Assembly: GCA_963662945.1 (NCBI GenBank) | Contig: OY759974.1 | Span: 1,760,001-1,824,000, forward strand | Source of the DNA: Arcobacteraceae bacterium | Lineage (GTDB): Bacteria; Campylobacterota; Campylobacteria; Campylobacterales; Arcobacteraceae | Length of the DNA stretch: 64,000 nucleotides | Direction: 5' to 3' | In this document: in pieces, positions 43,808 through 53,541 of the stretch | Position numbering within the stretch: the stretch's first letter is position 1 | Layout: the number at the start of each line of letters is the position of its first letter | Notes under the pieces: generated by a model | What the model was told of the DNA's origin: nothing | Databases searched by the model: none | What the model saw: the letters and a program-made list of their open reading frames with translations, nothing else | Made by a program: the position numbers and the translations under genes

Positions 43808-45298
43808 TTAATGTCCTCCCATAACTTTTTCTATCTCTTCAGGTTTATCATGGATTCCAAATCTATCTATAATTGTTGCGGTTGCTTCATTTTTTCCAAT
43901 GATTTCCACCTCAATACCAGCTTTTCGTAATTTATATACTGACTTATCAAGTGCAAAAACAGCTGAAACATCCCAAAAATGGGCACGACTTACATCAATA
44001 ACCACTTTTTTTATATTCTCTTTGAAATCAAAAGAGGCGATAAACTTATCACTACTATTGAAAAACACTTGACCTATAAATTTATAAAATTTTGTTTTTC
44101 CCTCATCTTCATAGTGTTCTTCGTGGTAAAAAAAGTGACTAATTTTATTGGCAAAAAAGAGTGAGGCTAATAATACTCCTGTAAGGACTCCCAGTGCTAA
44201 ATTGTGGGTAAATACTGTGACTAATGTGGTTGAAAGCATCACAATATTTGTAGAAAGAGGTAAGGTTTTAAGCCCAGTAATAGATGCCCAATTAAAGGTA
44301 CTAATAGAGACCATAATCATCACGGCAACTAAAGCAGCCATAGGGATGATAGCGACTAAATCACTTAAAAATACTACTAAAATAAGTAAAAATATCCCTG
44401 CTAAAAATGTAGAGAGTCTTCCTCTACCTCCTGATTTCACATTGATAACTGATTGTCCTATCATGGCACATCCAGCCATTCCCCCTAAACAACCAGAAGC
44501 GATATTGGCAATTCCTTGACCTCTTGCTTCTTTATTTTTATCACTTGTAGTATCAGTCATATCATCTAAAATAGTAGCAGTCATAAGTGACTCTAAAAGT
44601 CCCACAATTGCAAGTGAAAAAGAGTATGGAAAAATAATTTGTAAAGTTTCAAAATTTAAAGGGATGTTAGGGAGAAGAAAGATTGGTAAAGTATCAGGCA
44701 ATTCTCCCATATCTCCAACAGTTCGTATATCAATTCCAAAATAAGCCACAACGATTGTTAAAATAATGATAGTCACCAGTGGAGATGGTAAAAGTTTTCC
44801 TATTTTTGGTATATAAGGAAAAAGATAAATGATTCCTAATCCAATAGCAGTCAAAAGATACACATGCCAAGTAACATCAACAAGTTCAGGAAGTTGTGCC
44901 ATAAAAATAAGTATTGCTAGTGCGTTTACAAACCCAATCACCACCGCTCGTGCGACAAAACTCATCAATTTTGCAATACCAATATAGGCTAAAATAATTT
45001 GAAAAATTCCTGTTAAAATTGTAGCGGCTAGAAGGTATTGAAGTCCATGTTCTTTAACTAAAAGTACCATCACTAAAGCCATTGCTCCAGTTGCTGCACT
45101 AATCATAGCGGGTCTTCCACCGACAATTGAAATAACCACAGCGATACAAAAAGAGGCATAGAGACCAACTTTTGGGTCAACCCCAGCGATGATAGAAAAA
45201 GCTATCGCTTCAGGAATCAAGGCAATACCAACTACTAAAGCTGATAAAATATCTCCTCTTATATTTCCAAACCACTCTTTTTTAATATTTGTGTACAT
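43808..45298 (-). CDS. SulP family anion transporter with STAS domain
   Basis: [35 protein letters not shown]-terminal STAS. Confidence 0.93.
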   Translation of the reverse strand: MYTNIKKEWFGNIRGDILSALVVGIALIPEAIAFSIIAGVDPKVGLYASFCIAVVISIVGGRPAMISAATGAMALVMVLLVKEHGLQYLLAATILTGIFQIILAYIGIAKLMSFVARAVVIGFVNALAILIFMAQLPELVDVTWHVYLLTAIGLGIIYLFPYIPKIGKLLPSPLVTIIILTIVVAYFGIDIRTVGDMGELPDTLPIFLLPNIPLNFETLQIIFPYSFSLAIVGLLESLMTATILDDMTDTTSDKNKEARGQGIANIASGCLGGMAGCAMIGQSVINVKSGGRGRLSTFLAGIFLLILVVFLSDLVAIIPMAALVAVMIMVSISTFNWASITGLKTLPLSTNIVMLSTTLVTVFTHNLALGVLTGVLLASLFFANKISHFFYHEEHYEDEGKTKFYKFIGQVFFNSSDKFIASFDFKENIKKVVIDVSRAHFWDVSAVFALDKSVYKLRKAGIEVEIIGKNEATATIIDRFGIHDKPEEIEKVMGGH

Positions 45299-45322
45299 TT
45301 AGTTCCTTAAAATATAATAGTG

Positions 45323-45382
45323 TAATTCTATAAATCACGTGTAATTTTTTTGTTAATCCTAAAAAAACTACTTATAGAATTA
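45323..45382 (-). promoter_or_regulatory. Structured 5' UTR of sulP (candidate cis-regulatory RNA)
   Basis: Two stacked 11-bp stems separated by a 7-nt bulge; TACAAT -10 at 45407-45412. Confidence 0.5.
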
Positions 45383-45440
45383 TATTCATAATAATAAAAT
45401 ATCGCGATTGTATCTAAATGTTAATTGGATGTTGGTTAAG

Positions 45441-45677
45441 CTATTTACTTTGAAGTATTTCTATGATTTCATCTACACTTAAAAGTTTTCCTGTACTTTT
45501 TACTGTTCCATCAACTACAAGAGCAGGGGTACTAACAACATTGTATTTCATAATCTCCATTATATCCTCCACTTTTTTTACATCATGAAATCCACCAATT
45601 TTTGTTAAAGCCTCTTTTGTATTAGCTTCTAGTGCTCTACATTTAGCACATCCAGTTCCTAAAATTTCTATTTTCAT
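45441..45677 (-). CDS. Small thioredoxin-family redox protein (MTH895-like)
   Basis: LGTGCAKC; STPALVVDG. Confidence 0.9.
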   Translation of the reverse strand: MKIEILGTGCAKCRALEANTKEALTKIGGFHDVKKVEDIMEIMKYNVVSTPALVVDGTVKSTGKLLSVDEIIEILQSK

Positions 45678-45690
45678 ACCTATCTCCTTT

Positions 45691-46653
45691 TTATAAAATT
45701 ATATTAAACATATACCCAACAAGAAGTATTCCTAAACCTACAATTGCAAAAAATATAGCGATAAGTTTAATATCTAATATTCTTTTTAATATCATAGCTT
45801 CTGGTAAACTTAAAGCTGTAACAGCCATCATAAATGCCAACGCACTTCCAAGTAACATCCCTTTGGCTGTTAATACTTCAACAAGTGGCATAACTCCTGC
45901 TGCGTTTGCATACATTGGTATCCCCATTAAAACAGCAACTGGCACAGCATACCAAGCATCGCCACCTGCATATTTTGCGATAAATTCTGCAGGAATATAT
46001 CCATGAATAAATGCACCAATTCCAACACCAATCATCACATAAAGATATATTTTTTTGAAAATATCGGCTGTATATTCCCAAGCTTCTTTTACTCTTTGTT
46101 GTAATGTAAGTTTAATTTGAACATCTTCAAGTTCTCCCTCAATTGGAGTAACAGGAATCAAAACATATTTTTCTATATTTTTGATTTTCCCTATAAAATA
46201 TCCACCAAATATAGCAACTACTAGTCCAAAACCTATATAGATAGCTGTAATTTTCCATCCAAACAGTCCAAATAACATTGCTATTGCAATTTCATTGTTT
46301 AAAGGAGATGAGATAAGAAAACTAAAAGTTATCCCTATAGGGATTCTTGCTTGCATAAATCCAAGAAATAATGGTATAGCACTACAGCTACAAAAAGGTG
46401 TAATGATACCAAAAAGTGCAGCAAGAATATTTCCACTAAATTCTGATTTTCCTTGTAGATACACACGAACTTTTTCCGTGTTAAAATAGGTTCGTAAAAA
46501 ACTTACTGCAAAAATAATAGTGATAAGTAAAATAAATATTTTTATAGTATCATAGATAAAAAAATGTGTAGCACTTCCTACAGCACTAGTAGATTCTAGT
46601 CCCCAAAAGTTATAAACTAATTTATCAACAATTTTTTCCCACCAATCAAACAT
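45691..46653 (-). CDS. arsP: ArsP-family permease
   Basis: TPFCSCSAIP; ALSLPE; ars context. Confidence 0.85.
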   Translation of the reverse strand: MFDWWEKIVDKLVYNFWGLESTSAVGSATHFFIYDTIKIFILLITIIFAVSFLRTYFNTEKVRVYLQGKSEFSGNILAALFGIITPFCSCSAIPLFLGFMQARIPIGITFSFLISSPLNNEIAIAMLFGLFGWKITAIYIGFGLVVAIFGGYFIGKIKNIEKYVLIPVTPIEGELEDVQIKLTLQQRVKEAWEYTADIFKKIYLYVMIGVGIGAFIHGYIPAEFIAKYAGGDAWYAVPVAVLMGIPMYANAAGVMPLVEVLTAKGMLLGSALAFMMAVTALSLPEAMILKRILDIKLIAIFFAIVGLGILLVGYMFNIIL

Positions 46654-47054
46654 TATAATCCTAAAGCTTTTTGAATTTTAGGAATTAAAATCATTTCAAT
46701 TTCATCGTACGTTTCTTCAAATGCCTCAAAACCTTTTCCATCTGGATCCTCAAATCCCACATGAATTTTAGGAATTGGTTTTGGAAACATTGGACAAGTT
46801 TCATTTGCATGGTCACATACAGTGATAACTAAATCAAAATCTTCATCGATAACTGTATCAAGTGTTTTACTGTGATATTCCTCTTTCCAAATTCCTTTTT
46901 CTTGTAGAAGTTTTTTTGCATTTGGATTCACTTTTCCACTAGCTTTCACTCCACTACTTTGGGCTTTTACTCCATTAAGTTTTGCATTTATAAGTGCTTC
47001 TGCTATGATACTTCTACAGCTATTTCCTGTACATAATACTAATACTTTTTTCAT
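46653..47054 (-). CDS. arsC: Thioredoxin-coupled arsenate reductase
   Basis: CTGNSCRS; CDHANETCP; DP. Confidence 0.93.
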   Translation of the reverse strand: MKKVLVLCTGNSCRSIIAEALINAKLNGVKAQSSGVKASGKVNPNAKKLLQEKGIWKEEYHSKTLDTVIDEDFDLVITVCDHANETCPMFPKPIPKIHVGFEDPDGKGFEAFEETYDEIEMILIPKIQKALGL

Positions 47055-47066
47055 GTTTTTTCCTTT

Positions 47067-48320
47067 TTAAATTAATGTTAATAAAACTATAAATAACACA
47101 GGTGGTGTTACTATCATTCCAAATTTACTGTATTCTTTAAAACTGATTTTTACCCCTTTTTGTGATAATACATGCAACCATAATAGCGTAGCTAAGCTAC
47201 CAAATGGTGTCATTTTCGGTCCTAAATTACATCCAATAATATTTGCATATATCATTGCCTCATTTCCAATGTTTGCTAATGAAATATCCATAATCATAAT
47301 AGTTGGCATATTGTTCATAAAAGCACTTAAAAAAGCTGCGATAAAACCTGTACCAACAACTGCTATAAAATCACTTTGTGTAGCTAAATCTTTGAGTATT
47401 ACCTCTAGATAATCTGTTAGTCCAGCATTTTTAAGTCCATAAACAACTATATAAAGTCCAATACTGAACCACACAACTTGCCAAGGTGCTGTTTTAATAG
47501 TAAGCCATGCACGAGCAGATTTTGTGTAACTGGCAATTGCTAAAAATAAAAGTCCACCACCCAAAGCAAATAAACTTATTGGAAGATTATAAATATCTCC
47601 TATAAAATATCCAACTAAAAGTAGAGCTAAAAAGAACCAACTAAATTTAAAAAGTGCTTTATTTTTTAAAACATCATCTGGATTTTTAAGAAGCGTTATG
47701 TCTATCTCTTTTGGAATATCTTTTCGTAAAACTACCCATAGTACAATTATAGAGATAATTGTACTTACAACATAAGGGATAAACATATTTGATAGATATT
47801 CCACAAAACCTATATGAAAATAATTTGCTGTTACGATGTTTGTAAGATTTGAAAATACAAAAGGGAGTGATGCACTATCACTGATAAATCCACCTGCAAG
47901 TAAAAAAGCAATAATAGTTTTAAAATTGAGTTGTAGTATTCTCATTTTAGCTAAAAGTATTGGAGTGAGTATAAGTGCAGCTCCATCATTTGCAAAAAGT
48001 GCAGATACAAATGAACCTAAAAGTAGAGCATAGATAAACATCAAATGACCATTACCACGTGATAGTTTTGCCATTTTAATAGCACACCATTCAAAAAAAC
48101 CTATCTCATCTAAAACCATAGATAAAATAATAATTCCAATAAAAGCTAATGTAGCATCCCAAACTATATTTGTTACAGTTAATACATCATTAAAACTTAC
48201 AGCTCCAAATAGTAAAGCAGTTATTGCCCCTATAATTGCAGTTGTTCCTATTTGTAAATTTTTTGGTTGCCAAATAACAAACAAAAGGGTGAGTAAAAAT
48301 ATTACACTAGCAGTGAACAT
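47067..48320 (-). CDS. arsB: Arsenite efflux pump
   Basis: VIWQPK; FANDGAALILTP; SNLTN; GSLATLLW. Confidence 0.95.
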   Translation of the reverse strand: MFTASVIFLLTLLFVIWQPKNLQIGTTAIIGAITALLFGAVSFNDVLTVTNIVWDATLAFIGIIILSMVLDEIGFFEWCAIKMAKLSRGNGHLMFIYALLLGSFVSALFANDGAALILTPILLAKMRILQLNFKTIIAFLLAGGFISDSASLPFVFSNLTNIVTANYFHIGFVEYLSNMFIPYVVSTIISIIVLWVVLRKDIPKEIDITLLKNPDDVLKNKALFKFSWFFLALLLVGYFIGDIYNLPISLFALGGGLLFLAIASYTKSARAWLTIKTAPWQVVWFSIGLYIVVYGLKNAGLTDYLEVILKDLATQSDFIAVVGTGFIAAFLSAFMNNMPTIMIMDISLANIGNEAMIYANIIGCNLGPKMTPFGSLATLLWLHVLSQKGVKISFKEYSKFGMIVTPPVLFIVLLTLI

Positions 48321-48334
48321 CTATTTTTCCCATT

Positions 48335-49240
48335 CTAACTGTAGTAGTAATTTTGGATATTGTTATAGTTAAGTTGCTTGTAAAAATTGAGATAATTAAA
48401 CTTATCACTTTTAACAGTTTGTTCTAAATCTAAAGTATCTACTCCATCATCATAGGCTTTTTTTAAATCTTTTCTTAATATTTGAAGATATTCTAAAGAT
48501 GGTTTGTACGAGTCTTTATGGTATTCATTTCCATGACCACCTAAAATATATTTTGCGTTGTATTTACCTAGATTTTCTAAAGCTTCAATCCATCCGTCAA
48601 TATTTGAATTTTTTGTATAATTTAACATTCTACCGTTAAACACGATATTCCCTACAAAAAAGAAACTATCATCTTTGCTATAAATAGCAATGTCACTTTT
48701 CTCTTCTGAAACTGCACTTAATTTGAGTATCTCTAAAGTTTTTTTGCTACCTACTATTTTATATCCATTTTCCACTAAAGTATCAGCTAAAATTACTTTC
48801 GTATTTTCTAAAACATCTGGAGATAAAATCATCTTCATTCTTTCAAACTTCTCTTTATTATCTTTTATATCATCATTGAGATTTTTATATCCTACAATTT
48901 TTGCTCCCTTTTCTTGGAAAAAAGAAGCACCTTGAGTTCTATCATCATGAAAATTTGATAAAATAACATGAGAGATATCTTTTTTTGGATAATCTTTTTT
49001 GATTATTTGATAAAATTCTTGTGCAAATTTATATGTTGGACCTGCATCTAAAACAACTATGCTATTGCCTATATCAACATAGCACATATTAGAAACAAAA
49101 CCATTATTTTCTTTTGTAGGTGGATTGAAATCACCAATAACACAGTGAATATCCTTTGTAATTGTTAAGGGCTTTAGGTTGTATATATTTGCTACTAACA
49201 ATAAACTCAATGATAACAATATTAAAATTATTTTTTTCAT
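48335..49240 (-). CDS. Exported MBL-fold protein (SoxH-like) with degenerate metal site; probable C-terminal frameshift
   Basis: Signal peptide; VLDAGPT; SNFHDDR; GGHG; QLEWEK* in another frame ending at 48321. Confidence 0.75.
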   Translation of the reverse strand: MKKIILILLSLSLLLVANIYNLKPLTITKDIHCVIGDFNPPTKENNGFVSNMCYVDIGNSIVVLDAGPTYKFAQEFYQIIKKDYPKKDISHVILSNFHDDRTQGASFFQEKGAKIVGYKNLNDDIKDNKEKFERMKMILSPDVLENTKVILADTLVENGYKIVGSKKTLEILKLSAVSEEKSDIAIYSKDDSFFFVGNIVFNGRMLNYTKNSNIDGWIEALENLGKYNAKYILGGHGNEYHKDSYKPSLEYLQILRKDLKKAYDDGVDTLDLEQTVKSDKFNYLNFYKQLNYNNIQNYYYS

Positions 49241-49265
49241 AATTTTTTCCTTTTGAATGTTTTGA

Positions 49266-49294
49266 ATTATATCATATATATTTTAATATATCAA
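49266..49294 (-). promoter_or_regulatory. Sigma70 promoter of the ars operon
   Basis: Minus strand reads TTGATA, 17-nt spacer, TATAAT (TGATATAAT extended -10). Confidence 0.75.
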
Positions 49295-49309
49295 GATATA
49301 TTGATATAT
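49286..49309. promoter_or_regulatory. ArsR/SmtB-type operator
   Basis: ATATATCAA-GATATA-TTGATATAT perfect 9-6-9 inverted repeat (ATCAA-N6-TTGAT core) overlapping the -35. Confidence 0.75.
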
Positions 49310-49365
49310 AATGTTTTGAAATTTTATATAAATAGTTATATAATGGTCACATTAAAGGAAGTTAG

Positions 49366-50751
49366 ATGACAAAAATAATTGATTTAAAAGAATTTGCATA
49401 TTTTTTAAGAGTTCATAGAAATGATATTATAACAAATTGGCTTGAAAGAAATGAAGTGAAAAATATTATTCATAAACATTCAATACCAATAGTTGAAAAA
49501 AATATGAATATTTTTTATGGATTTTGTGATTGTTTTATAAGTATTTATCAATGGAATTTTACAATATCAGAATGTCAGGCAAGGATGGATTTTTTACATC
49601 TTCTAAATAAATATAATGTTACGAATAATGAACTTTATACATTGATATTACGATTACAATCAGCAATAGAAAATGCAATTTATAAAGATGGAAATCTTTC
49701 TTATAATATTCAGATGGAATTGGAAACAGTTACCATAAGTATTGCAAATGAACTTACTGATACATATGCGCATTTAAAGGATGAAAATAGTTATAAGCAA
49801 AATGAGCAGAGTAATCTTTTAGCTGAATATAAAAAAGCAGTAGATATTAGTAATATTGTATCAAAAACAAATCCTAAAGGGATTATCACCTATGTAAACG
49901 ATAAGTTTTGTAAAATAAGTGGATATACACAAGAAGAACTTATTGGAAAAGCACATAATATTATACGGCATCCAAGTATGGATAGAGAAGTATTTAAAGA
50001 GTTATGGGATACTGTAAAATCTAAAAAATCTTGGCATGGAATAGTGACTAATATGGCAAAAGATGGAAGTTCTTATGTTGTTGACTCTACTGTGATTCCT
50101 ATACTTGATGTTGATGGTGATATTATAGAATTTATTGCAGTTAGACATGATATAACAGAATTTGAAAAAACAAAAGAACAGTTACAAAATATTAATAAAG
50201 TTATGAGAAATAAAGTTGATGAACTTTATTCAGTTACATCCTCTTTGGAAGAAAAAGCAACAAAAGACGAGTTAACAAGTTTATATAATAGAGCTAAATT
50301 TGAAGAGATTTTTTCATATGAGATTAACAAAGCAAAACATTATAATCACAATTTAAGTGTAATATTATTTGATATAGATCATTTTAAAAATATTAATGAT
50401 ACTTATGGACATCAAGCGGGAGATGTTACATTAAAAGAGCTTTCAAGTTTGATTGCGAAAAATATTAAAACAAGTGATGTATTTGCAAGATGGGGTGGTG
50501 AAGAGTTTATTATACTTTTACCTGATACTGATATTGAAGGCGCTTTACAATTTGCTCAGAAATTAAGAAAATTAATTAAAGCAAATAAATTTACTGAAAT
50601 AGAATTTATGACAGCAAGTTTTGGTGTTGCGCAGTTTGAGGAATATGAAGATAAGCTTACCTTATTTGAAAAAGTTGATAAAGCATTATATATAGCAAAA
50701 AATAATGGTAGAGATAGAGTAGAACAAAGTCTTTTTAATTGTGTGCACTAA
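49366..50751 (+). CDS. Diguanylate cyclase with helical N-terminal domain and PAS
   Basis: RHPSM PAS; DELTSLYNR; RWGGEEF. Confidence 0.9.
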   Translation: MTKIIDLKEFAYFLRVHRNDIITNWLERNEVKNIIHKHSIPIVEKNMNIFYGFCDCFISIYQWNFTISECQARMDFLHLLNKYNVTNNELYTLILRLQSAIENAIYKDGNLSYNIQMELETVTISIANELTDTYAHLKDENSYKQNEQSNLLAEYKKAVDISNIVSKTNPKGIITYVNDKFCKISGYTQEELIGKAHNIIRHPSMDREVFKELWDTVKSKKSWHGIVTNMAKDGSSYVVDSTVIPILDVDGDIIEFIAVRHDITEFEKTKEQLQNINKVMRNKVDELYSVTSSLEEKATKDELTSLYNRAKFEEIFSYEINKAKHYNHNLSVILFDIDHFKNINDTYGHQAGDVTLKELSSLIAKNIKTSDVFARWGGEEFIILLPDTDIEGALQFAQKLRKLIKANKFTEIEFMTASFGVAQFEEYEDKLTLFEKVDKALYIAKNNGRDRVEQSLFNCVH

Positions 50752-50847
50752 AAAAATAATAATAAAAGTATTTAATTTTCACTAAAGTTAAAGAGAGTAA
50801 TATTTTAGTATATAACTTTTTATTATAAAATGTTTTAAAGGATTATT

Positions 50848-52326
50848 ATGAAAAATAATCGAATAGTGTTAAAATATATTTTTGGATTATCATTTATATT
50901 AGCGATAATGTTTCTGTTTAGAGTATATTATGATATGAAACATTATGACAGTATGTTAGATATACAAAAAAATAATTTGACAAATGATATGCTAAGTGTA
51001 TTCAAAACTTCAGAAAAAAACCTTATTGCCAAATATCAGTTACTACATGCAGATTTTATTAATACTAATCAAATTGCAGAATATTTTAAAAATCATGAAA
51101 GAAAAAAATTGTATCAGTTGTTGAAAAAAGATTATGAAGATATAAAAGTAATAGATCCTAATTTTTTTGTAATGCATTTTATAGATAAAGATAATATTAC
51201 CGTTTTAAGAATGCATAAACCAGAATCTTATAATGATGATTTAACAACAAAAAGACCTATAGTTGCATACGCAAATAAAGTTATTAAAAAACAAACAGGT
51301 TTTGAAGTTGGTAAAAATGGTATGGTTTATAGAATAACAATGCCTTTTGTACATAATGGTGAACATATAGGAGTTTTGGAATTTGGTATTAAGCCAAAGT
51401 ATTTTGTTGATTCATTAAATGAAAAATACAAAGTTGAATCGATAATTTTAGTTAAAAAAGAGAAACTTGATGTTTTAACAGTAAAGAAAAATTATCAAGA
51501 ACTTGCTGAGTATGCAATAGTTTCTCAGAGTAAATTTTCAAAAAGATTTATAGAAAAACTAGATTTAACAAAAGCCACACAGGTAATTTTTTTAGAAGAT
51601 AAATATTTTTTAGTTGCAAATGAGTTAAATCTGAATGATTACCAAGGTAATGTAGTGTCAAAAGTTTTAATTATAAAAGATATTACCGAATTCATTTTAG
51701 ACAAAAATGAATCTTTACTTGTGATTAATAGTTTAAATTTGATAGTATTTTTGATAATCATTGTTGTTATCTACATATTGTTTAATAGGTTCAATGAAGA
51801 GATTCAAAAAAATATGAAAACTATAACTAGTTTAAATAAAAAATCTAAATATTTACATACAAAAGCCAATACGGATGAACTCACAAATATTTATAATAAA
51901 AGATATTTTGATACTTATTTAGAAAGTTTTATTCGATATGGTAATAAAGGTTCTATTATATTTTTTGATATTGATCACTTTAAAGAGATTAATGATACTT
52001 ATGGACATCAAATAGGGGATGTTATTCTTAAAAGTATTTCAAAATCAATCCGTAATCATATAAGACAAAATGATACTTTTGCAAGGTGGGGTGGGGAAGA
52101 ATTTGTAATAATCCTTAATAATCTTGATTTAGAGATGGCTGTAAAAAAAGCACAAGAATTTAGAAAATGTATCCAAGAGTATCAATTTGACCAAAACATC
52201 TCAATAACTATCTCTTTAGGGGTTACACAAGTTGACCCAAATGATACGAAAAGTACTCTTATCAAAAGAGTTGATTCTTTATTGTACAAAGCAAAACACA
52301 ATGGTAGAAATCGTGTTGAATCTTAA
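50848..52326 (+). CDS. Membrane diguanylate cyclase with Cache-type periplasmic sensor
   Basis: Two TMs; VLRMHKP; GFEVG; RQND I-site; RWGGEEF. Confidence 0.9.
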   Translation: MKNNRIVLKYIFGLSFILAIMFLFRVYYDMKHYDSMLDIQKNNLTNDMLSVFKTSEKNLIAKYQLLHADFINTNQIAEYFKNHERKKLYQLLKKDYEDIKVIDPNFFVMHFIDKDNITVLRMHKPESYNDDLTTKRPIVAYANKVIKKQTGFEVGKNGMVYRITMPFVHNGEHIGVLEFGIKPKYFVDSLNEKYKVESIILVKKEKLDVLTVKKNYQELAEYAIVSQSKFSKRFIEKLDLTKATQVIFLEDKYFLVANELNLNDYQGNVVSKVLIIKDITEFILDKNESLLVINSLNLIVFLIIIVVIYILFNRFNEEIQKNMKTITSLNKKSKYLHTKANTDELTNIYNKRYFDTYLESFIRYGNKGSIIFFDIDHFKEINDTYGHQIGDVILKSISKSIRNHIRQNDTFARWGGEEFVIILNNLDLEMAVKKAQEFRKCIQEYQFDQNISITISLGVTQVDPNDTKSTLIKRVDSLLYKAKHNGRNRVES

Positions 52327-52330
52327 TATT

Positions 52331-52690
52331 TTATTTTTTACTAAAGTTTAAAGAGATAGAGTTTACACAGTGTCTTGTTGATTTTTGTGTAAATTTTTCC
52401 CCTTTAAATACATGTCCCAAATGTCCACCACAAGTAGCACACACTATTTCAACTCTTCTTCCATCAGCATCTGGTAACTCTTTTACATTTGAAGCAATCA
52501 TATCATCAAAGCTAGGCCAACCTGTACCACTATCAAACTTTGCATCGGAAGAGAAAAGAGGTGTATTACATTGTTTACAGGTATAGATTCCTTTTTCATG
52601 ATTATCCCAATATGCTCCTGTAAAAGCTCTTTCTGTTCCTTTGTTGAGAATTACTCTTTGTTCTTCTTCATTTAATTGATTGTATGACAT
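52331..52690 (-). CDS. msrB: Peptide-methionine (R)-S-oxide reductase
   Basis: GTERAFTG; KFDSGTGWPSF; HLGHVF; RHCVNS. Confidence 0.96.
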   Translation of the reverse strand: MSYNQLNEEEQRVILNKGTERAFTGAYWDNHEKGIYTCKQCNTPLFSSDAKFDSGTGWPSFDDMIASNVKELPDADGRRVEIVCATCGGHLGHVFKGEKFTQKSTRHCVNSISLNFSKK

Positions 52691-52768
52691 AATATTTCCT
52701 TTATAAAAAGTGATTATAAATTAATTGCACTTAATTAAAATTGACTCTATAAATTTAAATATAAATAC

Positions 52769-53539
52769 TCAACTTAGGTATGATAAAAGTTCTTTGTGAA
52801 TCAAACCATTTGTTGCTACGATACATTCTTTACCAAAAATATTATATGTTTCATTGTTCATGTTTGTTACAGTTCCACCTGCTTCTTCTAAAATAATCAT
52901 ACCAGCTGCAACATCCCATGCTTTTAGATTGATTTCATAATATCCATCATAAGTTCCTCTTGCAACCATACAAAGGTCAATAGATGCACTTCCTAACCTT
53001 CTTACATCTTGACATTGTGGCAATACTGATTCTAGGTTTCGTATAACAAAAGCTAAATCATTTTTATTTGTTGCACTTGTATAAGGAAATCCAGTTGCAA
53101 TGAGAGACTCTTTAAATTGTTTATTAGAAGTTACTTTTAAAGGTTCATTATTGCAAAATGCACCACATCCAATTTTTGCTTGATAAAGTTCATCTAAGAT
53201 AGGATTATAAACAATACCAATATAAGGTTTTTTATTCTTATATACACCTACAGAAATAGCACAGTGAGGTACTTGATTGACAAAATTTGTTGTTCCATCA
53301 ATGGGATCAATAATAATGGAATCACAAAATTCCAAATCACTATTATCAGATTCTTCTGCAATGATATTAAACTCTTTAAAAGTAGAAGAAAATTTTTCTT
53401 TTAGAAAATTCTCAACAGCAATATCATATTGGGTTACTAAATCTTTTTTTCCCTTAAAGGTTATTTCTTTATTTGTGTAATACCCTTTTTTTAATATCTC
53501 GCCAGCTTCTTTAATAATTTGAATTAATGTATCTATCAT
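52769..53539 (-). CDS. suhB: Inositol monophosphatase family protein
   Basis: IDPIDGTTNF; RRLGSA; WDVAAG. Confidence 0.9.
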   Translation of the reverse strand: MIDTLIQIIKEAGEILKKGYYTNKEITFKGKKDLVTQYDIAVENFLKEKFSSTFKEFNIIAEESDNSDLEFCDSIIIDPIDGTTNFVNQVPHCAISVGVYKNKKPYIGIVYNPILDELYQAKIGCGAFCNNEPLKVTSNKQFKESLIATGFPYTSATNKNDLAFVIRNLESVLPQCQDVRRLGSASIDLCMVARGTYDGYYEINLKAWDVAAGMIILEEAGGTVTNMNNETYNIFGKECIVATNGLIHKELLSYLS

Positions 53540-53541
53540 TA

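Noticed and set aside
48335-49240. Calling the MBL-fold gene a carbapenemase from its NxHxDR motif
   Set aside because: The other B2 ligands (His196 and Cys221 equivalents) are not visible, so activity cannot be supported
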